64,000 bases of DNA from Gammaproteobacteria bacterium. GTDB taxonomy: Bacteria > Pseudomonadota > Gammaproteobacteria > Arenicellales > JAANXG01. Of the stretch, positions 8,960-17,299 are shown one piece after another (the first letter of the stretch is position 1; each line of letters opens with the position of its first letter). The stretch is from contig JAXHNI010000008.1 in assembly GCA_034520625.1 (NCBI GenBank), forward strand, positions 623,574 to 687,573, in the 5' to 3' direction. The position numbers and the translations under genes were made by a program. The notes under the pieces were generated by a model. It was not told where the DNA came from. It searched no databases and worked only from the letters and a program-made list of their open reading frames with translations.

Positions 8960-10048
8960 GTGGCGGAAAAAACGGCGGTCAAGCTAGACGGCATCGTCAA
9001 GCGGTTCGGCGGGCTCACCGCGGTCCACGAGATGAACCTGGACATCCAGGAAGGTGAATTCGTGACGTTCCTCGGACCCAGCGGGTGCGGCAAGACCACG
9101 ACGCTGCGCATGGTCGCCGGGCTGCTGGACCCGAGCGAAGGCGACATTCTGATCCACGGCAAGCGCGTCAACGACCTGCCCATACACAAGCGCAACCTGG
9201 GCCTGGTCTTCCAGAACTACGCGCTGTTTCCCCACAAGACGATTTTCGACAACATTGCATTCGGACTGAAGTATCGCGACGTGTCCCGCGACGACCTCCA
9301 GAAGCGTGTCAGCGAGGCGCTGGAGCTGGTCCAGCTGCCGCACACGGCGGACCGCTACCCGGCCCAGCTGTCCGGCGGGCAGCAGCAGCGCATCGCCCTG
9401 GCCCGCGCCATCGTGATCCGTCCCGAGGTGCTGCTGCTGGACGAGCCCCTGTCCGCCCTCGACGCCAATCTGCGGGAGGACATGCGGGTGGAGCTCAAGC
9501 GCATCCAGGACCAGCTAGGGATCACCACGATTTTCGTGACCCACGACCAGTCCGAGGCGCTGGCGATGTCCGACCGCATCGTGGTCATGAGCGAAGGCCG
9601 CGTGGAGCAGGTGGACCCGCCCCAGGTGGTCTACAGCAACCCCGCCTCCCTGTTCGTATCCCAGTTCCTGGGCAACTCGAACACGCTTTCCGGCCGCCTG
9701 GAATCGAAGAACGGAACCCATATCGTGCAGGTGGACGGCCTGGGCGCCATCCAGGTGGACGAGGCCCAGCTCAAGGAGTTCAGCGACGGCGACGCCGTGA
9801 CCCTGGTGATCCGGGCGGAGAAGCTCGCTCTCAGTGAGACCGAGAACCGGGAGGACAACGCCACCCAGCTCACCGGCCGCGTGACGGCGGTGGACTACCA
9901 GGGCACCGCGGCCCGGTATTTCATCAGTGCCGGCGGGCATTCCCTGCAGGCCTTCAACCAGATCGACCAGGAGCCCGTGAAGGAAGACACGGATATCCAT
10001 ATCCGCATCCGGGCGCGCGACTGCGTGCTGCTCGAGCCGGAGGCCTGA
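8960..10048 (+). CDS. ABC transporter ATP-binding protein (PotA-like)
   Basis: Walker A GPSGCGKTT, signature LSGGQQQR, Walker B LLLDEPLSALD, H-loop VTHDQ, and a C-terminal TOBE-like regulatory domain. Confidence 0.95.
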   Translation: MAEKTAVKLDGIVKRFGGLTAVHEMNLDIQEGEFVTFLGPSGCGKTTTLRMVAGLLDPSEGDILIHGKRVNDLPIHKRNLGLVFQNYALFPHKTIFDNIAFGLKYRDVSRDDLQKRVSEALELVQLPHTADRYPAQLSGGQQQRIALARAIVIRPEVLLLDEPLSALDANLREDMRVELKRIQDQLGITTIFVTHDQSEALAMSDRIVVMSEGRVEQVDPPQVVYSNPASLFVSQFLGNSNTLSGRLESKNGTHIVQVDGLGAIQVDEAQLKEFSDGDAVTLVIRAEKLALSETENREDNATQLTGRVTAVDYQGTAARYFISAGGHSLQAFNQIDQEPVKEDTDIHIRIRARDCVLLEPEA

Positions 10049-10084
10049 CTTGAACCGGGGCGATACCGGCGCCATACGTACCCG

Positions 10085-11440
10085 ATGACCACGAAATCCT
10101 CGCATCTTTTCTACCAGACACGCCAGCGCCGGCCCCTGATCGACCGTGCCGAAGGCATCCATATCTGGGATGTTCACGGCCAACGCTACATCGACGGTTC
10201 CAGCGGGGCGATGGTGGCCAACATCGGCCACAGCAATCCGCGCGTTCTGCAGGCCATGCGCGAGCAGATGGACAAGGCGACATTCGCTTATCGCCTGCAC
10301 TTCGAGAACGAGCCCGCCGAGGAGCTGGCCCGTGAAGTATCGGCGCTCATGCCAGAGGGCATGGACCGGGTATTCTTCGTCTCCGGCGGTTCCGAGGCGG
10401 TCGAATCCTGCATCAAGCTGGCTCGCAGCTGGGCCGTGGCGACGGGTCGAACCCAGCGTTACAAGATCATCTCCCGGTTTCCGTCCTACCACGGCAGCAC
10501 CCTCGGCGCGCTGGGGGTCACCGGCTCCACCCCGTTCACGGCGCCCTATGCGCCCATGATCGTGGAGATGCCCAAGATCCCCGCCCCCACCTGCTATCTC
10601 GACCGGGACGACCTGTCCATGCCGGAACGCGGCCTGCGGTATGCCGAAATGCTGCGAACGGAGATCCTGCGCCAGGGGCCGGAGACCGTGCTCGCTTTCA
10701 TGATGGAGCCCATCGGCGGCGCCTCCACAGGCGCCCTGGTGGCGCCGGAGAGCTACTACGAACGGATCCGGGAGATCTGCGACGAATTCGGTATTCTGCT
10801 GATCCTGGACGAGGTCATGACGGGGGCCGGACGCACCGGCCGGTTTCTGGGCGCCGAGCACTGGAACCTGCAGGCGGACATCATGTCGTTGTCCAAGGGT
10901 TTCGCCGCCGGGTACGCGCCGCTGGGGGCCATGGTAGCCCATCGCCGCATCGTGGAGCCGGTGCTCGACGCCGGCGGCTTCCCCCACGGCTACACCTACG
11001 CCGGCAATCCCCTGGCGGCGGCGGCCGGCCGCGCCGTCCTTCGGGAGATCCTCGAGCAGGACCTCATCGGCAACGCGCAAGCCATGGGCGATATCCTGAA
11101 GAAGCGGCTGGAAAGCCTGATGCACCGCTTTCCCTTCGTCGGCGACGTGCGCGGCAAGGGCCTGCTGCTGGCTTTCGAGCTGATGGACCGGCGCTCCGGG
11201 GAGCCGCTGGATCCCGCCCTCAACGCCCATTCGCGGCTGGTGGAACTGGCCTATGAGCGCGGCCTGATCATCTACTCGCGACGCACCCGGGGCGGCGCCC
11301 GGGGCGATCACTTCATGGTCTGCCCGCCGATGATCATCACCGAAGCGCAGATCGACGAGATCATGGCACTGCTCAATGACAGCCTGAGCGCGTTCGCCGC
11401 CGAGGTGTCGCTGCCGGACGAGGGCGCCCATGCCGCGTGA
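10085..11440 (+). CDS. class-III (omega/beta-amino acid type) PLP aminotransferase
   Basis: 451 aa. It shows class-III hallmarks: YIDGSSGAMVANIGH, FFVSGGSEAVE, ILLILDEVMTGAGRTG and the lysine region SLSKGFAAGYAP. Confidence 0.9.
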   Translation: MTTKSSHLFYQTRQRRPLIDRAEGIHIWDVHGQRYIDGSSGAMVANIGHSNPRVLQAMREQMDKATFAYRLHFENEPAEELAREVSALMPEGMDRVFFVSGGSEAVESCIKLARSWAVATGRTQRYKIISRFPSYHGSTLGALGVTGSTPFTAPYAPMIVEMPKIPAPTCYLDRDDLSMPERGLRYAEMLRTEILRQGPETVLAFMMEPIGGASTGALVAPESYYERIREICDEFGILLILDEVMTGAGRTGRFLGAEHWNLQADIMSLSKGFAAGYAPLGAMVAHRRIVEPVLDAGGFPHGYTYAGNPLAAAAGRAVLREILEQDLIGNAQAMGDILKKRLESLMHRFPFVGDVRGKGLLLAFELMDRRSGEPLDPALNAHSRLVELAYERGLIIYSRRTRGGARGDHFMVCPPMIITEAQIDEIMALLNDSLSAFAAEVSLPDEGAHAA

Positions 11441-12359
11441 GGTCATCATTACCTGCGCGGTGACGGGCTCCGTGCACACGCCGAGCATGAGCCCCAACCT
11501 GCCGGTCACCCCCGACGAGATCGCGGACCAGGCCATCGCCGCGGCCCGGGCCGGCGCCGCCATCCTCCATCTGCACGCCCGCGACCCGGACACCGGTCAC
11601 CCGACCCCTGACCCGGATGTATTCATGCGGTTCCTGCCGCGCATCAGGGCCGAATGCGATGCGGTGGTTAACATCACCACCGGCGGCGGCATGGGCATGA
11701 CCGTGGCGCAGCGCCTCGAAGCCGCAATGCGGGCCGAGCCGGAGATGTGCTCCCTGAACATGGGCAGCATCAATTTCGGTCTGTTCCCCGCCCTGGACAA
11801 GCCGCGGGAATGGCGCCACGAGTGGGAGCCGGAGTTTCTGGAAAACAGCCGTGACTTCGTGTTCAAGAACACCTTCAAGGACATCGAAACCGCCCTCCAG
11901 CGGCTGGGCGTCGAGCGCGGCACCCGCTTCGAGTTCGAGTGCTACGACGTGGGCCATCTGTACAACCTGGCTCACTTTCTGGAGCGCGGTCTGGTGGAGC
12001 CGCCGCTGTTCGTTCAGTTCGTCCTGGGAATCCTGGGGGGCATCGGCGCGGACACGGAGAACCTCGCGTTCATGAAGCGCACCGCCGACAAGCTGTTCGG
12101 CGACGCCTATCGTTTCTCCATCCTCGGCGCCGGCCGCCACCAGATGCCGCTGGCCGCCGCGTCGTTGTCCATGGGCGGCCACGTTCGCGTCGGGCTGGAG
12201 GACAACCTGTTCCTGGGGCCCGGTGAGCTGGCGCCCGACAACGCCGCACAGGTGGCGCGGGCGCGGCAGCTCATCGACGGGCTGTCGTTGAACGTCGCCG
12301 GCCCGGCCGCGGCCCGCGAAACTCTGGGCCTCAAGGGCGCCGACCGGGTCGCGTTTTAA
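11430..12359 (+). CDS. beta-keto acid cleavage enzyme (BKACE / 3-keto-5-aminohexanoate cleavage enzyme family, DUF849)
   Basis: 309 aa. The N-terminus MPREVIITCAVTGSVHTPSMSPNLPVTPDEIADQAIAAARAGAAILHLHARDP is the canonical BKACE TIM-barrel opening. It overlaps the aminotransferase stop by 11 nt. Confidence 0.85.
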   Translation: MPREVIITCAVTGSVHTPSMSPNLPVTPDEIADQAIAAARAGAAILHLHARDPDTGHPTPDPDVFMRFLPRIRAECDAVVNITTGGGMGMTVAQRLEAAMRAEPEMCSLNMGSINFGLFPALDKPREWRHEWEPEFLENSRDFVFKNTFKDIETALQRLGVERGTRFEFECYDVGHLYNLAHFLERGLVEPPLFVQFVLGILGGIGADTENLAFMKRTADKLFGDAYRFSILGAGRHQMPLAAASLSMGGHVRVGLEDNLFLGPGELAPDNAAQVARARQLIDGLSLNVAGPAAARETLGLKGADRVAF

Positions 12360-12367
12360 TTGTGGCC

Positions 12368-12424
12368 TGTAGGTCGGGCGCGAGCCCGACATTCAATACG
12401 AGTCGGGCTCGCGCCCGACCTACA
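12368..12424. repeat. REP-like hairpin, type 2 (perfect 23-bp inverted repeat, 11-nt loop)
   Basis: TGTAGGTCGGGCGCGAGCCCGAC at 12368-12390 is the exact reverse complement of 12402-12424. It lies between the BKACE stop and the deacetylase start. Confidence 0.85.
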
Positions 12425-12441
12425 CCATGGGTGCATGCAAC

Positions 12442-13485
12442 ATGAAGGTTTTCTATTCAGACATCCAGACCCGCCACGACCCCAAGTGCTTCCTGGTCAA
12501 CGGGCAGCAACAGCCGAACCCGGAAGTACCCGGACGGGCCGACGCCCTGGTGGCGGCGGCCCGGGAGGCGGACCATGACGTCACCGAGCCCGACGATCAC
12601 GGCCTTGGCCCGATGGCCGCCGTGCACACGCCGGAGTATCTGCAGTTCCTGAGCACCATCCACAAGCGCTGGAGCCGCATCGAGGGAGCGTCCGAGGAAG
12701 TCATTCCCAATATCCATCCCACCAACCGGGACGGCCGCTACCCCTCCTCCGCCGCCGGCCACGCCGGCTACCACATGGCGGATACCGCGTGCCCGATCTC
12801 GGCGAATTCCTGGGAATCCATTTACTGGGGCGCCAACAGCGCCGTGAGCGCGACCGACCACGTGCTGGCGACCGGCGCACCGGCCTATGCATTGTGCCGG
12901 CCTCCCGGTCACCACGCGTTCGCCGACGTGGCCGGCGGCTTCTGTTTCGTGAACAATTCCGCGGTGGCCGCCCTGCGCCTGCGCGGCGCCCACAACCGGG
13001 TCGCCATCATCGACGTGGATCTGCACCACGGCAACGGGACCCAGGGCATCTTCTACCACCGCCCGGACGTGTTCACGCTCTCCATCCACGCCGACCCCGA
13101 TCGCTTCTACCCGTTTTTCTGGGGCCACGCCGACGAGCGCGGCGCCGGACCGGGACTGGGCTACAACCTGAATCTGCCCATTCCCCGCGGCGCCGGCGAC
13201 GATGTGTTCCTGCCCACCCTGGACAAGGGACTGAAGCGCGTGAGGTCGTTCGCCCCCGGCGCCATCGTCGTGGCGCTCGGCTTGGACGCCTTCGAGGGCG
13301 ACCCGTTCGGCGGGCTCGCGGTCACTACGCCGGGCTTCGCCGAGATTGCGGAACGCGTCGGTCGATGCTGCCGGGGCCTGGGAGTACCGGCGGTCCTGGT
13401 CCAGGAAGGCGGCTACCTGTGCCCCGAGCTCGGCGACAACCTGGTCAGCTTCCTGTCGGGCTTCGAAAAAGGCCGCGATGCGTAG
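12442..13485 (+). CDS. histone-deacetylase-family amidohydrolase (acetylpolyamine amidohydrolase-like)
   Basis: Motifs CRPPGHHA, DVDLHHGNGTQ and EGGY. The N-terminus MKVFYSDIQTRHD parallels APAH (MRVIFSEDH, from memory). I prefer the ATG at 12442 over 12427, because 12427 sits directly against the REP hairpin. Confidence 0.85.
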   Translation: MKVFYSDIQTRHDPKCFLVNGQQQPNPEVPGRADALVAAAREADHDVTEPDDHGLGPMAAVHTPEYLQFLSTIHKRWSRIEGASEEVIPNIHPTNRDGRYPSSAAGHAGYHMADTACPISANSWESIYWGANSAVSATDHVLATGAPAYALCRPPGHHAFADVAGGFCFVNNSAVAALRLRGAHNRVAIIDVDLHHGNGTQGIFYHRPDVFTLSIHADPDRFYPFFWGHADERGAGPGLGYNLNLPIPRGAGDDVFLPTLDKGLKRVRSFAPGAIVVALGLDAFEGDPFGGLAVTTPGFAEIAERVGRCCRGLGVPAVLVQEGGYLCPELGDNLVSFLSGFEKGRDA

Positions 13486-13502
13486 GTCTGGTCGCTAGCC
13501 GC

Positions 13503-13706
13503 AATCGGCGAGAGGGCTCGCCTCCTACACGAGGGGGCCGTCGATCCGTAGGAGGCCAGCCCTCTGGCCGATCAGCCATGGCTGGAGGCCGTAATCGGCG
13601 AGAGGGCTCGCCTCCTACACGCGAGGGGCCGTCGACCCGTAGGAGGCCAGCCCTCTGGCCGATGAGACGTGGCTTGAAGCCGCAATCGGCCAGAGGGCCG
13701 GCCTCC
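13503..13706. repeat. BIME-like cluster of REP type-1 elements (about 5 copies in alternating orientation)
   Basis: AATCGGCGAGAGGGCTCGCCTCCTAC occurs at 13503-13528 and 13593-13618. It is paired with GTAGGAGGCCAGCCCTCTGGCCGAT at 13548-13572 and 13639-13663. A degenerate copy lies at 13684-13706. Confidence 0.85.
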
Positions 13707-13784
13707 GCGGGGGATCAATCGAGTCTGACCCCATTGATTCCATCTTCCATTGGCCCTCCTGGCGATCTCCCTCATAATTCCGGT

Positions 13785-14759
13785 ATGAAACGGGAGAATC
13801 CCGATCCCCGGATACTGGCGCTGAACTGGAACCTGCTCCGCACCTTTATGGTGATCGTCCAGGAGGGCAGCGTCACGGCGGCGGCCGCCAGGCTGAACCG
13901 CAAGCAGCCCACCATCAGCAACGCCCTCGGTCAACTGGAGAAGCAGCTCGACAAACACCTGATCGAACGCCGGCCGGGCCGGTTCCGCGTGACCAGCGCG
14001 GGCGAGCATCTGTATCGCGAATGCCTCGAGATATACGGCAATATCGCGCGCATTCCCACCCTGATCCGGGACATCGAGGACGAGGTCCGCGGCCAGATCC
14101 GCATCAGCATGGCCAGCCATGTGGTCTGCCCGCTGTTCGACTCGGTGATGAGCGAGTTCCACGGCCTGCATCCCAACGCCACCTTCCACGTCTCCATCGC
14201 CACCAGCGGCGACGTGGTGCAGCAGGTGCTGGAAAAGACCGCCAGCTTCGGCATCTGCCTGGTGCACGAGCCCCACCCCAGGCTCACCTACCAGCAGATG
14301 TACCGTGAGTACTTCGGGTTCTTCTGCGGACCGGGCCATCCCCTTTTCGGCCGCAGGGACCTGGCCATGGACGACCTGCAGAACGAATCCCTGGTTTCCT
14401 TCAATACAGACCAGCTTTCCGGACAACTGCGCCCGGTCGCGCTGCTGCGGGTACAGCAGAATGTCGGCCGACGCATCACGGCGATCTCCCCGCACCTCGA
14501 GGAAGTGCGGCGCATGATCGTCAACGGCCTGGGCATCGGCCCCCTGCCCATTCACGTCGTGCAGCGGGACGTCGAGGACGGTGTTTTGTGGCGGCTGCCG
14601 CCCTACGAGGACCCGCCCGCCATCGACATCTACCTGGTGTGGAATCCCCGCACCACCCTGAACCGCGCGGAAAACGAATTCCTCACCACCCTGCGGAACC
14701 GGATCGAGAGCACACCGGAGGAAGAGCGAAACTTCCTGCCGGGGAATGTGTCCGAGTAG
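13785..14759 (+). CDS. LysR family transcriptional regulator
   Basis: In-frame ATG at 13785 within the artefactually long track ORF 12789..14759. The wHTH reads LNWNLLRTFMVIVQEGSVTAAAARLNRKQPTISNALGQLEKQL and is followed by a LysR substrate-binding domain. Confidence 0.9.
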   Translation: MKRENPDPRILALNWNLLRTFMVIVQEGSVTAAAARLNRKQPTISNALGQLEKQLDKHLIERRPGRFRVTSAGEHLYRECLEIYGNIARIPTLIRDIEDEVRGQIRISMASHVVCPLFDSVMSEFHGLHPNATFHVSIATSGDVVQQVLEKTASFGICLVHEPHPRLTYQQMYREYFGFFCGPGHPLFGRRDLAMDDLQNESLVSFNTDQLSGQLRPVALLRVQQNVGRRITAISPHLEEVRRMIVNGLGIGPLPIHVVQRDVEDGVLWRLPPYEDPPAIDIYLVWNPRTTLNRAENEFLTTLRNRIESTPEEERNFLPGNVSE

Positions 14760-14778
14760 GCTTCGCGCCGGCGGCGCC

Positions 14779-16035
14779 ATGCAGTACCATGGCGCGCCCT
14801 CCAACCCGACCGAGACAGACGAACTGGTGGATCAATCCCGCTCACCCGCACCCGCTGAAGCACCCCGCCAGGACCTGACCGTCGACGGGACGGAAGTGAC
14901 GCTGCTTGGCACGGCCCATGTCTCGCGGCAGAGCATCGAGGACGTCAAGCAGGCCCTCGCCGACGGCGACCACGATGCAGTCGCCGTCGAGCTGTGTGAA
15001 CCGCGCTACCGGCGCCTCACCGGCACCGACGACTGGAGCCGGACCGACCTGTTCCGGATCATACGGTCCGGCCATGGCGGTCTGGTCGCGGCACAGCTTG
15101 CGTTGTCCGCCTACCAGAAGCGGCTCGCCGATCAGCTCGGTGTGGAGCCGGGCGGGGAGATGCGGGGCGCCATCGAGGCGGCAGCGGAACGGGGACTGCC
15201 GCTCTGGTTCGTTGATCGGGACATCGGCGTTACGCTCAAACGCCTGGTACGCTCGCTCCCCTGGCATCAGCGCCTGATGCTCATCAACGGGCTGCTGGCG
15301 TCGCTGTTTACCCGCGGCAGCGTGGACGAATCCGACATCGAGAGCCTGAAACACGGCGACATACTGGAAAGCACGTTCAGCGAATTCGCAGAGCACTCGC
15401 CGACCCTCTACCGCGTGCTGTTGACCGAGCGCGACCAGTACATGGCCGCGAGTCTTCGCCAGCGCATCGCCCGTGACCGGCCGCACCGGCTGCTGGTGGT
15501 GGTCGGCGCGGGGCATCTCAAGGGCCTCGCCGGGCAACTGCGGGAAAACGCGGACCCACAGGCCACACGCAGTGCCCTGGAACAGATCCCCCCGCGCAGC
15601 GCATTCAGCCGCGCGCTTCCCTGGTTGGTGGTCGGCATCATACTCGCCGGCTTCGTCATCGGGTTCCTCCGCAGCCCCGAGCTCGGCTTGCGGTTGGTGA
15701 CCGACTGGGTTGTGATCAATGGAACTCTCACCGCCGTGGGCGCCCTCATCGCCCGCGCCCACCCGGCAACTGTGGTAACGGCATTCGTCGCCGCTCCACT
15801 CACCTCGTTGAATCCGCTCATCGGAGCGGGCATGGTCACCGCCGCAGTGGAAACCTACTTCCGCAAACCCCGGATGGTGGATTTCGAGAATCTGCGCGAC
15901 CAGGTTACCCGGCTGCGTGGCTGGTACGCCAATCGCGCCACCCGGATCCTGCTGGTGTTCGTGCTCTGCACCGTAGGTTCGGTGGCGGCGACCTATATCG
16001 CGGGATTCCGGATATTCGGGAAGCTGGTCGCCTGA
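14779..16035 (+). CDS. TraB/PrgY-family protein (membrane-anchored C-terminus)
   Basis: VTLLGTAHVSRQSIEDV carries the TraB-family GTAHVS motif. VVVGAGHLKGL is present, and the C-terminus has 4-5 TM segments. The start is taken at MQYHG (14779). Confidence 0.8.
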   Translation: MQYHGAPSNPTETDELVDQSRSPAPAEAPRQDLTVDGTEVTLLGTAHVSRQSIEDVKQALADGDHDAVAVELCEPRYRRLTGTDDWSRTDLFRIIRSGHGGLVAAQLALSAYQKRLADQLGVEPGGEMRGAIEAAAERGLPLWFVDRDIGVTLKRLVRSLPWHQRLMLINGLLASLFTRGSVDESDIESLKHGDILESTFSEFAEHSPTLYRVLLTERDQYMAASLRQRIARDRPHRLLVVVGAGHLKGLAGQLRENADPQATRSALEQIPPRSAFSRALPWLVVGIILAGFVIGFLRSPELGLRLVTDWVVINGTLTAVGALIARAHPATVVTAFVAAPLTSLNPLIGAGMVTAAVETYFRKPRMVDFENLRDQVTRLRGWYANRATRILLVFVLCTVGSVAATYIAGFRIFGKLVA

Positions 16036-16114
16036 CCGGCGCGCCTCGCCTCCTGCGTCTTGGTGGGTATCCCTCCCCCGCAGGCTTGATCGGCCAGGGG
16101 GCTGGCGTCCTACG
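16036..16114. repeat. REP type-1 copies (one degenerate, one good)
   Basis: GATCGGCCAGGGGGCTGGCGTCCTACG lies at 16088-16114, and a degenerate copy CCGGCGCGCCTCGCCTCCTGCG lies at about 16036-16057. Confidence 0.7.
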
Positions 16115-16133
16115 CCGTTTTACGATCGCCGGC

Positions 16134-16727
16134 TCAGTCGATTTCCGCGTGGGTGACAACGGACCCGGCTTCTCGCAAGCGCGCGGCGAGTTGCTCGATA
16201 TCCGCATCGTCCCGGATGGCAGTGACCCGGTAGACGCCTGCGCTGCCAGGACCCTGCACGATCTCGATATGCAACTCGTTGAGGAGTCGGCGTATATCCC
16301 GTTCCGTTGCGCCCGGGTCGAATCGGACCTGTATGGTGGGTGTAGCCGTCGCCTCGCCGGCGGGCTTGTAAGTATCACCGCCCCGCCGTGCATCGATCAA
16401 CAATCCGGCCTGTACAGCGATCACCAGAACCGCCGCGGCAATCGCGGGCCGCCACCACCACCCGGCAGCGACGGCCGACCCGGACTTCCGGGATTCCTCA
16501 TCAATAGTGGATTTCAGGCGGCGCAGTCCGAACTCTCCCGGTGAGCCAAAGTCCTGGGACTTCACGGTCTCGCGCACCTGTCGCAGCATCTCGACGTCGG
16601 CGGCAGCCCGTTCGTTGTCCTGCAGGTAATCGCGCACTCTATTCGCTTCCGCGCCGGTCAGGGTATCGTTGACATACCAGGGAAGCAGCTCTTCCATATC
16701 ACGATCGTCGCTGATGTCTTCTGCCAT
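16134..16727 (-). CDS. putative anti-sigma factor (single-pass membrane protein)
   Basis: Track ORF trimmed to the ATG at 16727, which forms an ATGA overlap with the ECF sigma stop. The N-terminal anti-sigma-like helix is LLPWYVNDTLTGAEANRVRDYL, with the zf-HC2 Cys/His ligands apparently absent. It has one TM segment (WWWRPAIAAAVLVIAVQAGLLI) and a roughly 100-aa periplasmic domain. Confidence 0.65.
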   Translation of the reverse strand: MAEDISDDRDMEELLPWYVNDTLTGAEANRVRDYLQDNERAAADVEMLRQVRETVKSQDFGSPGEFGLRRLKSTIDEESRKSGSAVAAGWWWRPAIAAAVLVIAVQAGLLIDARRGGDTYKPAGEATATPTIQVRFDPGATERDIRRLLNELHIEIVQGPGSAGVYRVTAIRDDADIEQLAARLREAGSVVTHAEID

Positions 16728-17299
16728 CAAATTCGTTCTCCAGTCATCCCCATGCGCTCGAGACAGCGCTTGAGAGATATCCTTGCGTGATACATCCGCG
16801 TCTTCACCGTCCCCGCTGGACAATCGACGATTTCCGCAATCTCCCCGTAGGACAATTCCTCGAAGAACGCCAGATGAACCACCTGGCGGTGCTGGTCGGT
16901 CAATCCCTTGAGACAGGTTCGCAGGGAACGGCGATGCTGGGCGGCTGCCACGACGCGTTCTCCCGAGACTGGAGATGCATCCGGCAGCCCTTCGTCAAGC
17001 TCTTCGTGGCTGCGTTTGCCGCGACGGCGCAGAACGTCCAGCACTTTGTTGTTGGCAATCCCGAGCAGCCAGGTCCGGACTTTCGACCCCCCCTTGAAAC
17101 GGCCCGCGGTGCGCCAGACCACCAGCATTGCTTCGTTGACGATTTCCGCCGCCGCATGGGGATCATCCAGGCGAAACTGCACGAAGGCGTAAACATCTTT
17201 CTCATAGGAACGATAGAACTGTTCCATTGCGGACTCATCTCCCCCGGCAATCGCCGTGAGCAGCCGCCGCGCCGATTGCTCGTTCTCCTCCCGGGGCAT
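16727..17299 (-). CDS. ECF-type RNA polymerase sigma-70 family factor
   Basis: 190 aa starting from the ATG at 17299 within track ORF 16727..17932. Region 2 is DVYAFVQFRLDDPHAAAEIVNEAMLVVWR. Region 4 is LTDQHRQVVHLAFFEELSYGEIAEIVDCPAGTVKTRMYHARISLKRCL. Confidence 0.9.
   Translation of the reverse strand: MPREENEQSARRLLTAIAGGDESAMEQFYRSYEKDVYAFVQFRLDDPHAAAEIVNEAMLVVWRTAGRFKGGSKVRTWLLGIANNKVLDVLRRRGKRSHEELDEGLPDASPVSGERVVAAAQHRRSLRTCLKGLTDQHRQVVHLAFFEELSYGEIAEIVDCPAGTVKTRMYHARISLKRCLERMGMTGERI

Noticed and set aside
9515-11593. Very long antisense or out-of-frame track ORFs. Examples are 9515..11593(-) at 692 aa, 27916..29667(+), 49518..51509(+), 17494..19257(+), 55650..57008(+), 57704..59164(+), 53243..54460(+), 38067..39404(-) and 7642..8529(-).
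   Set aside because: Each lies opposite or overlapping a gene with clear family motifs. Their translations are Arg/Gly/Pro/His-rich and low in complexity, with no recognisable domains. This is the expected stop-codon-poor artefact of GC-rich DNA.
13503-13706. A possible CRISPR array, because similar 25-bp units recur at regular spacing.
   Set aside because: There are only about 2.5 composite units. The units are palindromic and alternate in orientation, the 'spacers' are themselves conserved, and the same repeat is dispersed at four other loci. This is REP/BIME behaviour, and no cas genes are present.
12789-13784. N-terminal 332-aa extension of the LysR ORF (track ORF 12789..14759, 656 aa).
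   Set aside because: The extension runs out of frame through the deacetylase gene and then through the REP array, where it translates to repeated 'NRREGSPPTR' units. The LysR wHTH begins right after the ATG at 13785.
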